Shown here piece after piece: positions 39,400 through 50,773 of a stretch of 64,000 nucleotides of DNA. Below the pieces are notes generated by a model. The model saw only the letters and a list, made by a program, of their open reading frames with translations. It was not told the DNA's origin and made no database searches. Numbering within the stretch: position 1 is the stretch's first letter; every line of letters starts with the position of its first letter. Position numbers and translations under genes: made by a program. The DNA lies in contig JBLDXI010000019.1 of NCBI GenBank assembly GCA_047495785.1, forward strand, positions 2,542,001-2,606,000. The letters run 5' to 3'. Source of the DNA: Lepidodermella squamata (taxonomy: Eukaryota; Animalia; Gastrotricha).

Positions 39400-39940
39400 C
39401 TTTATTGTAAATTGTGACGTTTCGACGTCGTCTGACGTCATCTTCAGACATTTAAAGAAATCTATAAGACAGCGGTTTAAAGCAAGACAACAACAACAAC
39501 AAAAATTAGAGTATGACTTGGAAAGAAGCTACAAAAAGATAGAACTATCTATTTAAATAGTTTGGCCTTAATTGAGTCCTTCTGGGTGATGAGATCAGGG
39601 TTGTACCTAGCTATAAACAACATTTCATGTAAGAGGCAGTCGAACTTGTTTCTCCCTTTTCGAAGCACAGTGAAACAGCTGGTGATGGTGTCCCGGCTTT
39701 TTCCATGCCTATGTCATATGTTTACCAATTACGCCACTCTTGTGTTCAGCAATACTTTTACGTAGGTGTCGGCCTGTGTAGCCGACATAGTTGGAACTGC
39801 ACCAATCACATTTGAATCGGTAAATCATGCATTGATGATTGACATTTAGCGACTTCTTTTCCTTTGGTCCTAATACGGCGTTGATCTTACGACTGATAAA
39901 GACAGGTTGCACTTCTTGTTCGATCTTGTTGCTCAGCTTT
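39400..39940 (-). mobile_element. Penelope-like retroelement 3' fragment (GIY-YIG endonuclease, degenerate)
   Basis: CMIYRFKCDWCSSNYVGYTGRHLRKSIAEH, then after a stop/frameshift FTVLRKG..FDCLLHEMFVIARYNPDLITQKDS; followed by a hammerhead motif and AATAAA. Confidence 0.8.
39408..39453 (-). ncRNA. Minimal type I hammerhead ribozyme of the Penelope-like element
   Basis: Minus strand reads aaatgt-CTGAAGA-t-gacgtc-agac-gacgtc-GAAA-c-GTC-acaattt: catalytic core, 6-bp stem II, GUC cleavage triplet, and stem I tgt/aca. Confidence 0.72.
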
Positions 39941-40892
39941 TCTGGACGCGTTTCCGCTCTTGTACGGTAGAAGGACTCGAACTGGATCCTTCTTTGCCGC
40001 AGGGTCAGCTGGTTTGCCTGCAGGCATGTCAAATTTGTTCTCTATAGGAACTTCTCGATAACCTGCTCGACAAACTCATCTCGGCAAAAGCTATCTCAGA
40101 ATAACGGAAAATATTCGGGATTTAGCAGTGATTCTCATCCATAAATGACGGTAACAGAGCCAAAACACCATTCATTATTTCATGTTCTGAATCCTTTTGA
40201 ATCGAGCAAAAACGAGAAGAGAGGCAACACAAGCTAGCAATTGCAGTTATTCAACCCTCTGGAAAAATAGCACTAAGTAAACACTATACTGAGATCGGAA
40301 TTATTTTAACATCACTTCATTAATATTTACTCATCATCAACTGCGCCTTGCGGCACATCGAGGCGGTCTGAGACCATCATAAATTATTACGGATATCGAT
40401 ATCGCTGTCTCCTTAGTAATAATCTCTATATGTAGAGATTTATGAGTTGTTTTGATAGCCAAAAACTACATTCCTTCATACATCTCTTTATCGCTTAGGA
40501 ACGTTGAATGATTTACAGTATAGCCTGAACATTATCATAAATTGTCCATGCATGGATCATCGATGCGCCTAATTTCGTGATTCTGAAACCTCGATTTAGC
40601 AGCGCTTTGGCTGCTGGCCAGGGTTCACGAAGGATTGACAATTTGACTATTTTTCAGTTCCTATCCTAACGCTCATGAGAGTTTCACATTTTCGTTCACT
40701 ATTCTATGTATAGGTCATCATCGAATGAAAAGAAAACAGACTGCGCTTGATGTCCTCTCCTTTTAGGTACTGAAGTCTTCCCGTAGACCAGATAGGGAAT
40801 CGCACTAGCCTTTGCGTTTATTGTGAGGTACACTCCATAGACTCATTAATAACCAAACCAACGGATAAATTTATCGGAAGGCTAACCAACTA

Positions 40893-42809
40893 ATGAAAGC
40901 CTTGCGGAGCCTGTGCTCTTTCTCGCTAATCTACATGGGCGTCACATTGGGCGCCATTTTCGCATCAGATGCGGAAGAATGTGTCGATCTTTTAGGTAAG
41001 TGCATGTCCTGCTGAAATTCCTGATTTATTCTCCATGATTTCAGTTTCGGAAAGAGAGGTCCACCAGAAAATACTCGTCGATTACATCAAAACTACGCGA
41101 CCTGTACGCAACGGAACGCAGCCGCTGGAAGTCAGACTGGGATTTGCCCTGGATCGAATCGAAGACATAGTAATTGAAGCGAATAGAAGCTAAAATCGAC
41201 GTAATTTCTCCCAATTTTAAACAGAAAGAAAAGTTCAGAATAATGACGTTATCTGGCTACTTGGTGCTGAAATGGCGCGACGAATTTCTCGTCTGGGATA
41301 ATTTGACTTCGTTGAAGTGTGTGAACGAAGTGGTAAGTCGCTCTTATTCGGAATTCTGCGAGCTTTTACAATGCGTTTTCACCAGGTATTCAATTCACGC
41401 GATGTTTGGTAATAGTCCACTTATTGCTATTTGACTACATTGATTTCTTATACATGCGGCAGGTTCCCAGATGTGGTAATTCTGAATTCGGGCAACAAGT
41501 ATTCCATGTCATTGGCCAGCGGTCATAAAGTCGAGGTGCGGTCAAATGGCGAGAGCACCTATCTCCCATCGGGGACTTTCACTATCTCGTGCGATCTCAA
41601 TCTGAGATTCTTCCCCTTCGATAACCAGGTTTAGTGGATCATTCGACTAAGTTTCCAATTAGCAATTTCTTTACAGAAATGTGTGTTACAAGTTGGTAGC
41701 TGGAGCTACTGGAAAGAAGCTCAGCCTTTAACTCTTCACGATCCATCATTCGACGTAGACAACGCTGACGAGAACGAGCAATGGCATATAAGTGGAACTG
41801 ATGTGCAAGTTGTGGATGTCACACATTCTGCAGATTCGCGAACTTGGCAAATCGTTGAATTCACGCTGAAATTGAACAGAAAATCAGCTTACTACCTTAT
41901 CAATGTCATCACCCCCAGCTGCATAATATCAATAGTCGCCATCGTTTCATTTGCTCTACCGATTAGAAGCTCCATGAAGCTGCAGATATCGTTCACGGCA
42001 CTACTGGCATACTCTATTTTTCAGCTCATGGTGATTGAAGATATTCCGAGGCATGTTTAGTTATCATCCACGTGGATTTTGTTACAGAAATTAATTTTTC
42101 AGGACTTCTGAGAACGCCCCACTGTTAACTTACTACATAGACCTGTCCATGGTTTGTTTTTATTTTTCTAGAGTGAAAGTTCGAGAGCATTTAAATAAGA
42201 CTTAAGCCATTGATTTAAAGCTAAAAATCTCGAAGCTCTAAGAATGATGATTACTTGTTTTATCAGGCTTATATCGGCTTGGTTCTATTGGGTGAGGCGA
42301 TTGTCTTCATTTGCCTAGACAGAGCAAGTCGAAAGCACTACGCTCCGTCCAGACGCACTTTTCGAACATTGGTTGTTATTGGCTCATCACTTCGCTTGAT
42401 AAGCTACCAAAACGAACACGATCATATATTCGAGTGGGATGATGATGAAGAGACCCATATGGAACCGTTATTTTCGCTATATCGAAGCCACAAGATTCTA
42501 TCCCATTCTGGCGGAGATGGATCTGCCGTAATGTCACCAGACGGAATCGACCCCTCAGTGCAGGGCTTCAAATTGAACGTGCACTTCGGAGCGAAACCAG
42601 ACCAAGCATTCCCCGAGAAATCGCGACAATATAAGGGTGAAAATACTTCTAGAGAAAAAAAGAAGGCGATAGGAAAAGCTTGGGAATTAATGGCGATGGT
42701 TATTGACAAATTTCTTTGCTGTTTATACGTTATTCTCATAATTGTAACTCCGATTACGATATTCTTGATTATGCCTGAAATTGAAAAACGGTCAACTGTT
42801 AATAATTGA
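40893..42809 (+). CDS. Divergent nAChR-like Cys-loop receptor subunit 1 (non-alpha; about 8 exons including a 23-nt microexon 41386-41408)
   Basis: Signal peptide; RPVRNGTQPLEVRLG, WRDEFLVW, WFPDVVILNS, CDLNLRFFPFDNQ|KC, GSWSY, NEQW, LNRKSAYYLINVITPS, M2 KLQISFTALLAYSIFQLM, WELMAMVIDK M4. Confidence 0.9.
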
Positions 42810-42912
42810 GAAGTTGTAGCTTCAAAGAATGCTCACTTTCCTACTGTATTTCGGTTTCTTTTATACTGTAGAATATCCACCGTCACTTTTATATACGAAG
42901 GTCAAAGAAGCG

Positions 42913-45398
42913 ATGGAAACGTTAATGCTGATAGCAACTCTGGCCTTGACAAACTGTAACTATGCCGCATCCGATTCGCACGAAGCAATTTCATCAACGT
43001 CTGATAATTGTTCGCAATACCTCGGTAAGAGAATATTATCAGAAGCTTGCTAAATCAGATCTGCTGATTTGGCTACGCTCATTCCGTTCATCCCGTGAGG
43101 CTCAAGTCAGCGGGAGTCTTAATTAACGATATTCAAAACTTTGCAATTTCAGTTTCTGAAGCTGACGTACATCGGTTTGTCTTCAGGCGGTATTCGAAGA
43201 CAGCTAGGCCGCTGTTGAACGCGACTCAGCCCCTAAGTGTAACACTCGGATTTGTTTTGGAACGCATAGAAGATATCGTTAGCTGACGTTCAGTTGTAAA
43301 TTCTGACATTAAAGTTTTTGCTCGTAGACTGAGAAATTCCGAACGATATCCCTTTCTGGCTATTTGATTGAGGTGAGCTAACATATTTTCGCCTAATTTC
43401 CCAGATTCCCTCTCATTGAATTTTTCGCCTTGTAGAAGTGGACGGATGAATTTTTGGCTTGGAGCGACGTCGCCGGATTGAATTGTATTGAGAAAGTCGT
43501 ATTCCATGCGGAAGAAGTGTGGTACGGTATCCGGACATTCTCTATAGCTCCAATTGATAACAAAAACTATTCGATACTTCTTCAGGTTCCCTGACGTCGT
43601 TATAATCAACTCGGGAGATAAATACTCAATGCCGCTATCGATAGGACACAAAGTTGAGGTAAGCAGCAATGGCGCATCCACGTACCAACCATCTGGAACT
43701 TTTACCACATCTTGCGATCTGAATCTCCGGTTAGATTCTATGAAGCTTGGATCATCGAGGTCTATTGTAATTTTGTTTACAGGTACTTTCCTTTCGACCA
43801 GCAGGTAAGATCATAACTTCAAGAAGATAAACTGTCACTTCTGGGCTTCTGTTCAAATGGGAATGCCCCGTCATTGCCTAAGTGCTACGAACCTTGTGCG
43901 TTATTGCTGAAGTTCCCTATAGGATGACAAATTTATCAAAATTTGGACAAATGTTGGCATTTTAAACTCTTTCCGAATGTTTTGCATTGTTCACGCTGTC
44001 CGAAGTTGGACGCTGGGAACGTTTGTAAACTAAGATCTCCCTCTTCGGATTCTCGCTTGTTCAGCTTCGTCAGGCTAAACCTCGGATACCCATCCGAACT
44101 TGTTCAAATCCCGTTTAAATGCTGATGGTTTCTTTCGTAGAAATGCATCCTGCGCGTGGGAAGCTGGTGTTATTGGAAGGAGATGCAGCCTATCGTTTTT
44201 CAAGACCCGCCGATTGATTTGAGTAAGTTTATCTCTTACCCATTACATACAAATCAAAATGAACATCGAACGAATCAGGATATATGATTGCAAATGAACA
44301 GTGGGAACTGTACAAAACCAACGCAACCTGCAACGATATTCAATACCCCCTGGATCCTCGAACGTGGCAAAAATGTGAATGGGCGCTGTATCTGAAGCGA
44401 AAAGCGAACTTTTACATCATCAACATAATAGGTTAGGAGTTCAATCCATCATGCGATGTCCCTATTATGCTGCCTTACTTCTCAGTACCGAGCTGTATCA
44501 TCTCAATTGTTGAAATATCAACATTCGCGCTGCCACTTCACAAGGCGAGTAAATTTGAGATATCGTTCACAGCCCTGTTGGCGTATTCGGTTTTTCAACT
44601 AATGATAATCGAGGACATCCCTCGTGCTTCTGAGCATACGCCACTTCTAACAATCTACATCGACTTGTCGATGGTAAACTTATTTGGCTGGTATTTTCAT
44701 ATTCCAATTTGAGATTTCTCTATGGTAGGCGTACATTGCCTTCGTGTTGGTGGGCGAGGGTCTCGTGTTTCTTTGCTCCGAAAGAGACGGCGAACCTCCA
44801 TCTTGGTTGTTTCGAGTCGCTCTCATGCTCGGCAAACCATTCGGTATTTACCTAGATGTGCTTAGATAAAACAAACTTAAATTTCCGTTACAAAGGCTTC
44901 CGCGAGTCCTTCATATATCTGGCGGACGCTGATGAAATAGCAGCGATAACAATACAAAATAGCAGTGATTTAGAGCTCGAGAAGCGGAAGAATATAGCTC
45001 GCAAAATGAACGACCGCGTAGTTCACCCTGCGCTAGTCAGTTGGATTACTGGACATGAGGACGAGGATAGCGACAGCTTGGAACCGAATTCAGAAAACCT
45101 ATCCAACGAATATTCCAGCATTCTAAACCATGAACTGAACATAAATGTGCAATACGTGCGCTTGGCCAACTCGGGGGATCATTACCCGGACATGCAGGAT
45201 GACTTCAGCAGGTCGCTTAGTGACCAGCACTATGAGAAACTCGAAAAAGCTGCCGAACTTGTTCATTCTAACATGTGGGAACTAATAGCATTGATTATTC
45301 AGCGATACATCTATTCAATCTATATTCTCGCAATCATTATCACACCGATAACTGTATTCTTGATTATGCCTGCAGTAGCGCCCGTTGTACTCGCATAA
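42913..45398 (+). CDS. Divergent nAChR-like Cys-loop receptor subunit 2 (about 11 exons)
   Basis: Signal peptide METLMLIATLALTNCNYA; RPLLNATQPLSV, WTDEFLAW, WFPDVVIINS, CDLNLRYFPFDQQ|KC, GSWCY, M2 KFEISFTALLAYSVFQLM, WELIALIIQR. All exons splice in frame. Confidence 0.9.
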
Positions 45399-45477
45399 AA
45401 AATGGCTATTGCAGTAATCTTTTCGAATAATTACAGCTATTTTTCCATTCATGAATTTTCTTCTTTCTCTGCTAGAA

Positions 45478-47366
45478 ATGTGTTTGGGCAAACCCCTCCT
45501 GATTTTGGTAGTTATACTTCTTTATCTCGAAGGTGCGAAGGCAGACGTGTACGAATCTTTTGCCATCGATGTCCTCCCAGAGATTTGCTATCAGATTCCA
45601 TGTATGTTTCTACTGCTAAATTATTTCCTTGTTTTATCCCAACTTTTTTGATCAACAGATACGGATATGGATGTTGAAGAGTATGCTTTCGCGAATTACT
45701 CAAGAATGAGTCGACCAGTTTTGAATGCCAGTCAACCGATTGCAGTGAATTTCGGAATAATATTTTCACGCATTGTCGACATAGTAAGGGTTCTCCGTCC
45801 CTCAATGCAAGTTATATGGACACTGCTTCTATTTCCCAGTTTGAAAAGGAACGGAAGATTCTGGTTGATGCCTATCTGATAATTGAATGGACCAACGAGC
45901 TTATCAACTCATGGCAAGATGTTGTCCCGTTAAATTGCTCGAAAAAGCTGATTACGCCATCTGACAAAATCTGGATTCCTGACATCTCGGTTGTTAACGC
46001 ACCTGGTATGATTCGTATGAAGATTCCCAACTTCTGTATAGTTTGCCTTTTATACACAGAGGACAAATATTCGTTGCTCCTGATTAGAGGGCATAAGGTT
46101 GAGCTGTCATCAGCCGGCACTTGTATATTTTATCCAAGCGGCACTTTCAACGCGACATGCTCCATGTCCCTACGATTCTTCCCATTCGACGAGCAGGTAA
46201 TCTTTGGATTTGCATCTAATAACCAAAACGTTTATGAAACCATGCAAACTAGGTTTGCACGCTGAGATTTGCCGCATGGTCTTACTCAGATGAAATGCAG
46301 TCGTTGACTGCGTCGGCCGTCCCGATCGATTTCGATAATTTTAACGTCAGTTTGCCTTGTAGCTCAATCTTCGCCGCAAATGAATGACTCATTTTGTGAA
46401 GGAACACGAGCAGTGGTCTCTTTACAACTACTCGGCAGCTAATGTGAAAACAACCAATCCGACAACTGGTAAAACCTACGATGAAGTAAGAACATTGTTT
46501 TGTCAACTTCAATTGTTTGAGATGTCACATTTTTAAGGTTCAAATAATTTTGCGTCTCCGACGTAAGCCTTCCTACTATCTGATTATGGTTATTGTGCCA
46601 GTCATCGTAATCCTAATCGCCGAAATAACCGTTTTCAGCATGCAGCTGCACCAGTCGATGAGACTGAAAACGTCCGTCAAGTGCTTGGTTGCATTCGGTG
46701 TATTTCAGTGAGTCCCATCAGTTAAGCATTAAAAGTTGAATATTTTGAAATGTTCTTTCCCAGAACTATTATGATCAGCGACATGCCCCGTGACAGTGGA
46801 CCTGGATCCCTCCCATTATTGACTATTTTTCTCGACCTATCGATGGCTTATGTTGCATTGGTTCTATTGGGATCTGGCCTCGTTTGCTACATTATGCACC
46901 ATGGATTCAAAAGTGTGGTAAGTGACAAGAAATACTGTGATACGATCATATATTAGCCTTACGTCCTGTAATTGCCAACCAGGATGGACCACATATCAAG
47001 TTGATGAAGCTGGTCGCGGCGATCGCGCCGCTTTTTGGCAAGGACGACTTGGTGATAAAACGATTCATCAGAGAGCATGATTCAAAGCGAGGCGAAACTC
47101 CAACTAGCTTCGCTGGATACTCCAAGTTACATTCTGTTCCCGCTGGCGACAGGCCTGATTTGACGCAATTTAGTTACTACAAGGAGAGGATGAAGTCGAT
47201 GGATAGGAAAGACGCGAACATGAAAATGGTTATTGAATACGGAAAACACTTTGTGCATAGATTTTGGTTCTTGGTCGCGTTGATATTTGATCGATTGTTA
47301 CTGACAATTTATTTAATAGCAATCATATTCACCCCAATTATCATTTATGAATTCTTAGCAATGTAG
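45478..47366 (+). CDS. Divergent nAChR-like Cys-loop receptor subunit 3 (about 9 exons)
   Basis: Signal peptide MCLGKPLLILVVILLYLEGAKA; RPVLNASQPIAV, IWIPDISVVN, CSMSLRFFPFDEQ|VC, AAWSY, LRRKPSYYLIMVIVP, M2 RLKTSVKCLVAFGVFQ, WFLVALIFDR; AATAAA at about 47383. Confidence 0.9.
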
Positions 47367-47463
47367 CATTGAGCAGCTGTTGAATAAACTTTCATCATTG
47401 AAATTGAAAAAGACGCATAGCGAAATGGACTCGGTGCATGTTTTTTTTTATTTATTTGAGCTA

Positions 47464-48504
47464 TCAGTTTCGTTTCGCAGCTTTTTGTCTCTCTAACTGA
47501 TTTTGCTGCTCAGAATAAGCATCCCATTCGGCAGCCCATGACGCCGAGTGATACATGATAGTATACGCATTCGGGTACTGGCTCTTGCACTTTCTCTCAT
47601 TCAACCACCACGACTCACCATCACAATACGGCATGCTCTTCGACCGCTTATGCTTCCAATGAAACGGATATATCAAGCCCGGCCGCAGCATCCTGATATC
47701 ACCGACCTGCTCATCGCCATTTTCCAGCAATCCATGCGACCACTGAACTCTGTTATCATCAAACAAAGTCTCGCCAACTTCCCTATATTGTTTTATGCCT
47801 TTCGCTAGAGCAGCTGGACCTGTTAAATCTTCCGGCCTTGTATGTGCCCCTTTTGTATCGAAATTTACCATAATTTGTCTGATAACAAAGAGCCAAACAC
47901 TATGACCAGGTTCTGAGATCATGAAAGCCGGCGGAATGTTCCAATCTAACTCGGAATACTCAGGGCCGAGGTAAGCGAGAGTTGCCGGCGTAGTTGCATT
48001 ATCAATTAAAAAGTCAATATTTCTCAGTGGCTCTACGTCCAGATCAGTGTACACCCCGCCGTAGTAATGCATCAGGAGATATCGCATCGAATCAGCCCGC
48101 ATTATTCCTACCGGGAATTTGTCGTAATAGGGTAGAAACCACGAATAGTGATGCTCGACCAGTCCACGATTCGCATCGTCTGTCCACAAGTGGTGATGCC
48201 AATGCGGATGAAGTCGGACCCACTCTTTTCGGTATTTCCGATATTTCGGCGGGGGCGCATTCGTTTTCCAAGATTGGTGGAGGATTTTGGGTATTTTAAA
48301 CTTCGCTTGTGCGGCTGCGTCGACATGTTGCGCGAATTGGCTGGCTATTTTTGAATCATTGAAAGATGGTCTGTTATTACATGGACACAGTCCGCAATTG
48401 CGCGATAAAAAGCGCGGTATAATGAATATTGATGTCAGAGCTACAGCGAAGAAAGCTAATTTTGATCGCCTTCTGTTAGGCCCTAGGACGATGTAGGGCC
48501 CCAT
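47464..48504 (-). CDS. Intronless GT32 (DxD) glycosyltransferase, SUR1/OCH1-like type II membrane protein
   Basis: N-terminal TM anchor; IPKILHQSWKT, LWTD, RADSMRYLLMHYYGGVYTDLDVEPL, FMISEPGH, TGP motifs. Confidence 0.9.
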   Translation of the reverse strand: MGPYIVLGPNRRRSKLAFFAVALTSIFIIPRFLSRNCGLCPCNNRPSFNDSKIASQFAQHVDAAAQAKFKIPKILHQSWKTNAPPPKYRKYRKEWVRLHPHWHHHLWTDDANRGLVEHHYSWFLPYYDKFPVGIMRADSMRYLLMHYYGGVYTDLDVEPLRNIDFLIDNATTPATLAYLGPEYSELDWNIPPAFMISEPGHSVWLFVIRQIMVNFDTKGAHTRPEDLTGPAALAKGIKQYREVGETLFDDNRVQWSHGLLENGDEQVGDIRMLRPGLIYPFHWKHKRSKSMPYCDGESWWLNERKCKSQYPNAYTIMYHSASWAAEWDAYSEQQNQLERQKAAKRN

Positions 48505-49143
48505 AGTGAGACGTCATGCGATTTTTATGCGGCGCGTGAGCTCTGAAAACGGTGGGATTGGTATTGCGACCTGAAAGGTGTGTTTTCAAGTTGCCAAGGA
48601 CGCTTTAGTTCCTCTAACAATAGTAGCTGTTTTAGTTGCAACATCTTTGAACAAATTGCATACATACAAAAAGCATCCGCTTAGATTGGTGATAGTAAAA
48701 CCCCCAGGTGCGTAGTAGCGGGGTGTGCGCAAGGTTTTTCGTGATTGATTTTTGTAGAAACCTGGGCATATGATCCGAGCTTCCATGGTGCTAAGAGGAG
48801 TTCATGTATGAAGGGAATTACTCATAGAATTATCTCATATATATTATTAGTAGCATCAGATTTTCGCAATTATTAGGTTTCAGGCTTATTCGTGAACTTT
48901 TACTGTGGAAATGTCTGTTAATCCGAACAAAATACAACGGACCAACGAATCAATCTCGGTTTCAGATGAAACAAAAAGTAACATCGAACAGTAAAAGCCG
49001 CGATAAAGAAAACAAATTATTTATTCTAAATTGTAACATTGTAATAATACAGCAATTTGAATGAAATAATTAGAAAACTGGCAAGCTAAAAGACATCCAG
49101 CCGATTCTCCAGCGGATTCTTAGCGGCTATTGAGCGGATTTGT

Positions 49144-49446
49144 TTAGCTTGAGGCGCTGATCGTTGTGGTGCTTGGCGGAGGACCACGGCGGGGTCCATG
49201 GCCACCGAAACCGCCAAAGCCCTCAGTGCCATTTGGAGGTGGTCCCGGGAAGGTGCCATTGAAATTTGGAGGTGGGCCGGGGAAAGTTCCATTGAAGTTT
49301 CCGTGGGTGAAGTTGCCTCCAGTCGGTGGTTGAGGGCGACTGCCATCAGAGGCTCCGCCGAAGCCACCACCATTGCCGCGAGCTTGAACGACGATGAGGT
49401 AAGCCGACACGAGGGCAAGACTGGCAAGAAGAGTCAGAAAATTCAT
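49144..49446 (-). CDS. Secreted Gly/Pro/Asn-rich small protein, copy 1 (100 aa)
   Basis: Signal peptide MNFLTLLASLALVSAYLIVVQA; NFNGTFPGPPP repeats; differences between the three copies are mostly synonymous in this frame. Confidence 0.82.
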   Translation of the reverse strand: MNFLTLLASLALVSAYLIVVQARGNGGGFGGASDGSRPQPPTGGNFTHGNFNGTFPGPPPNFNGTFPGPPPNGTEGFGGFGGHGPRRGPPPSTTTISASS

Positions 49447-50773
49447 TTTTAGCACAAACTTTGATATACAACTGAATGACTGAAAATGTTGCGATGCTTT
49501 GAGCCGCGCAATCGGCGCCCTTTTAAAGGGTGATTTTTGGCACCGCCGAGTTCAGAAAAACCGTGGCAGGCCACGCTCTTGTGTTTTTTTTGTCGCCAAC
49601 GTGCGTCAACAATGTTGTAGGTTTACTGTGTTTTGTTTGAAAAAAATTGTCAAAATGACCTGGGTCGTGTCAATGATAGCCGCATCGCGAATTAAAAAGG
49701 TCACGTAAGCGGCATGTTTTTGCTTCTTGGCTTAAATTCACCTTTTCCTTTTCGTCTTCCATGATGAGTAATTTCGCGAAAGTTAAATGGTGAGCGTAGC
49801 AAAAAGCTGATTGAGCGTCACAAATGTTGTGTGAATGTAGCAAAATTTACATGCAAATATGGTAAAATACAGTGGATACCGCGACGTTCACTCAGTTTCT
49901 TGCGACGGTGGCTCAGCCACCCTATTACATTTCGCGAATATCTCGGTGAATTTCTTCTGATTATTCTCTAACACGGTGTTAGTAACACCCATCTAATCCG
50001 AAATTGGAGATCGCTACCCATCAAAACTGCGGGACGGATATAAAAGATTCGGTCACAAGTAAACATATGTCATTCTTCCTAGGCACTACATATTGATCAA
50101 TTGTTGTGTGCATATCGCCAAGCGGTTGAAGACGACGCCTTACAAAGAAGTTTGATTAGAAAGACTGCAGGCATGCCGAAACCTGTTAGACCCTATGCCA
50201 CTAGGGAAACAGCCATTGCCAAGTTGCCTCTCATGCCCAATCGTGATTTTAAGTTTTCGAGTATTTCGACTCTTTCTTTTCAATTATTGAGGCTGCCTGA
50301 GAGCCTTTATCTTTATTTCCTAAGGCTACCTGCCTAAGGCTTACCTAAGGCTTACCTGCTAAGGCTTCAAATTTCTGTCCGCTAAGCCTCTATATTTCTT
50401 TCGAAAAAGCCACTTCTTATTAATATTTCTGCCCATTTAGTAAACAAATATTTGACTGCGGAGTTATTCGCTCCGCCGCGCTTTATATAAACTCCATCAG
50501 CTATATGAGCATAAAAAAAAGCATGCAATTTGTGAAGGTTAACCATGCTAATTAGCGCAAGCGTTAGTAAATGCGGATTTCGCTATATTCTAGGCCAGAG
50601 TCAGGTGTTTCAATATGTAGTGAGGAGAAAAATTAGTAAGGGAGAACAAGTCGGCAAGACCAGAAAAGTCAAAATCTGGCTTCTAGTTTAATCGCTTAGC
50701 TCCTCGATAAACCAGGCGAGTGAAGTTTTAGCGGCATATCTTTGTGGTTGAAACATTGCATCCTTTGAATACG

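Noticed and set aside
40893-47366. The three receptors as one concatenated polypeptide
   Set aside because: Each has its own stop codon after M4 and its own signal peptide, and I found no convincing donor that would skip the stops in frame.
50333-50368. CCTAAGGCTTA short repeats as nematode TTAGGC telomere sequence
   Set aside because: Only 2-3 degenerate copies of an 11-bp unit; not a telomeric array.
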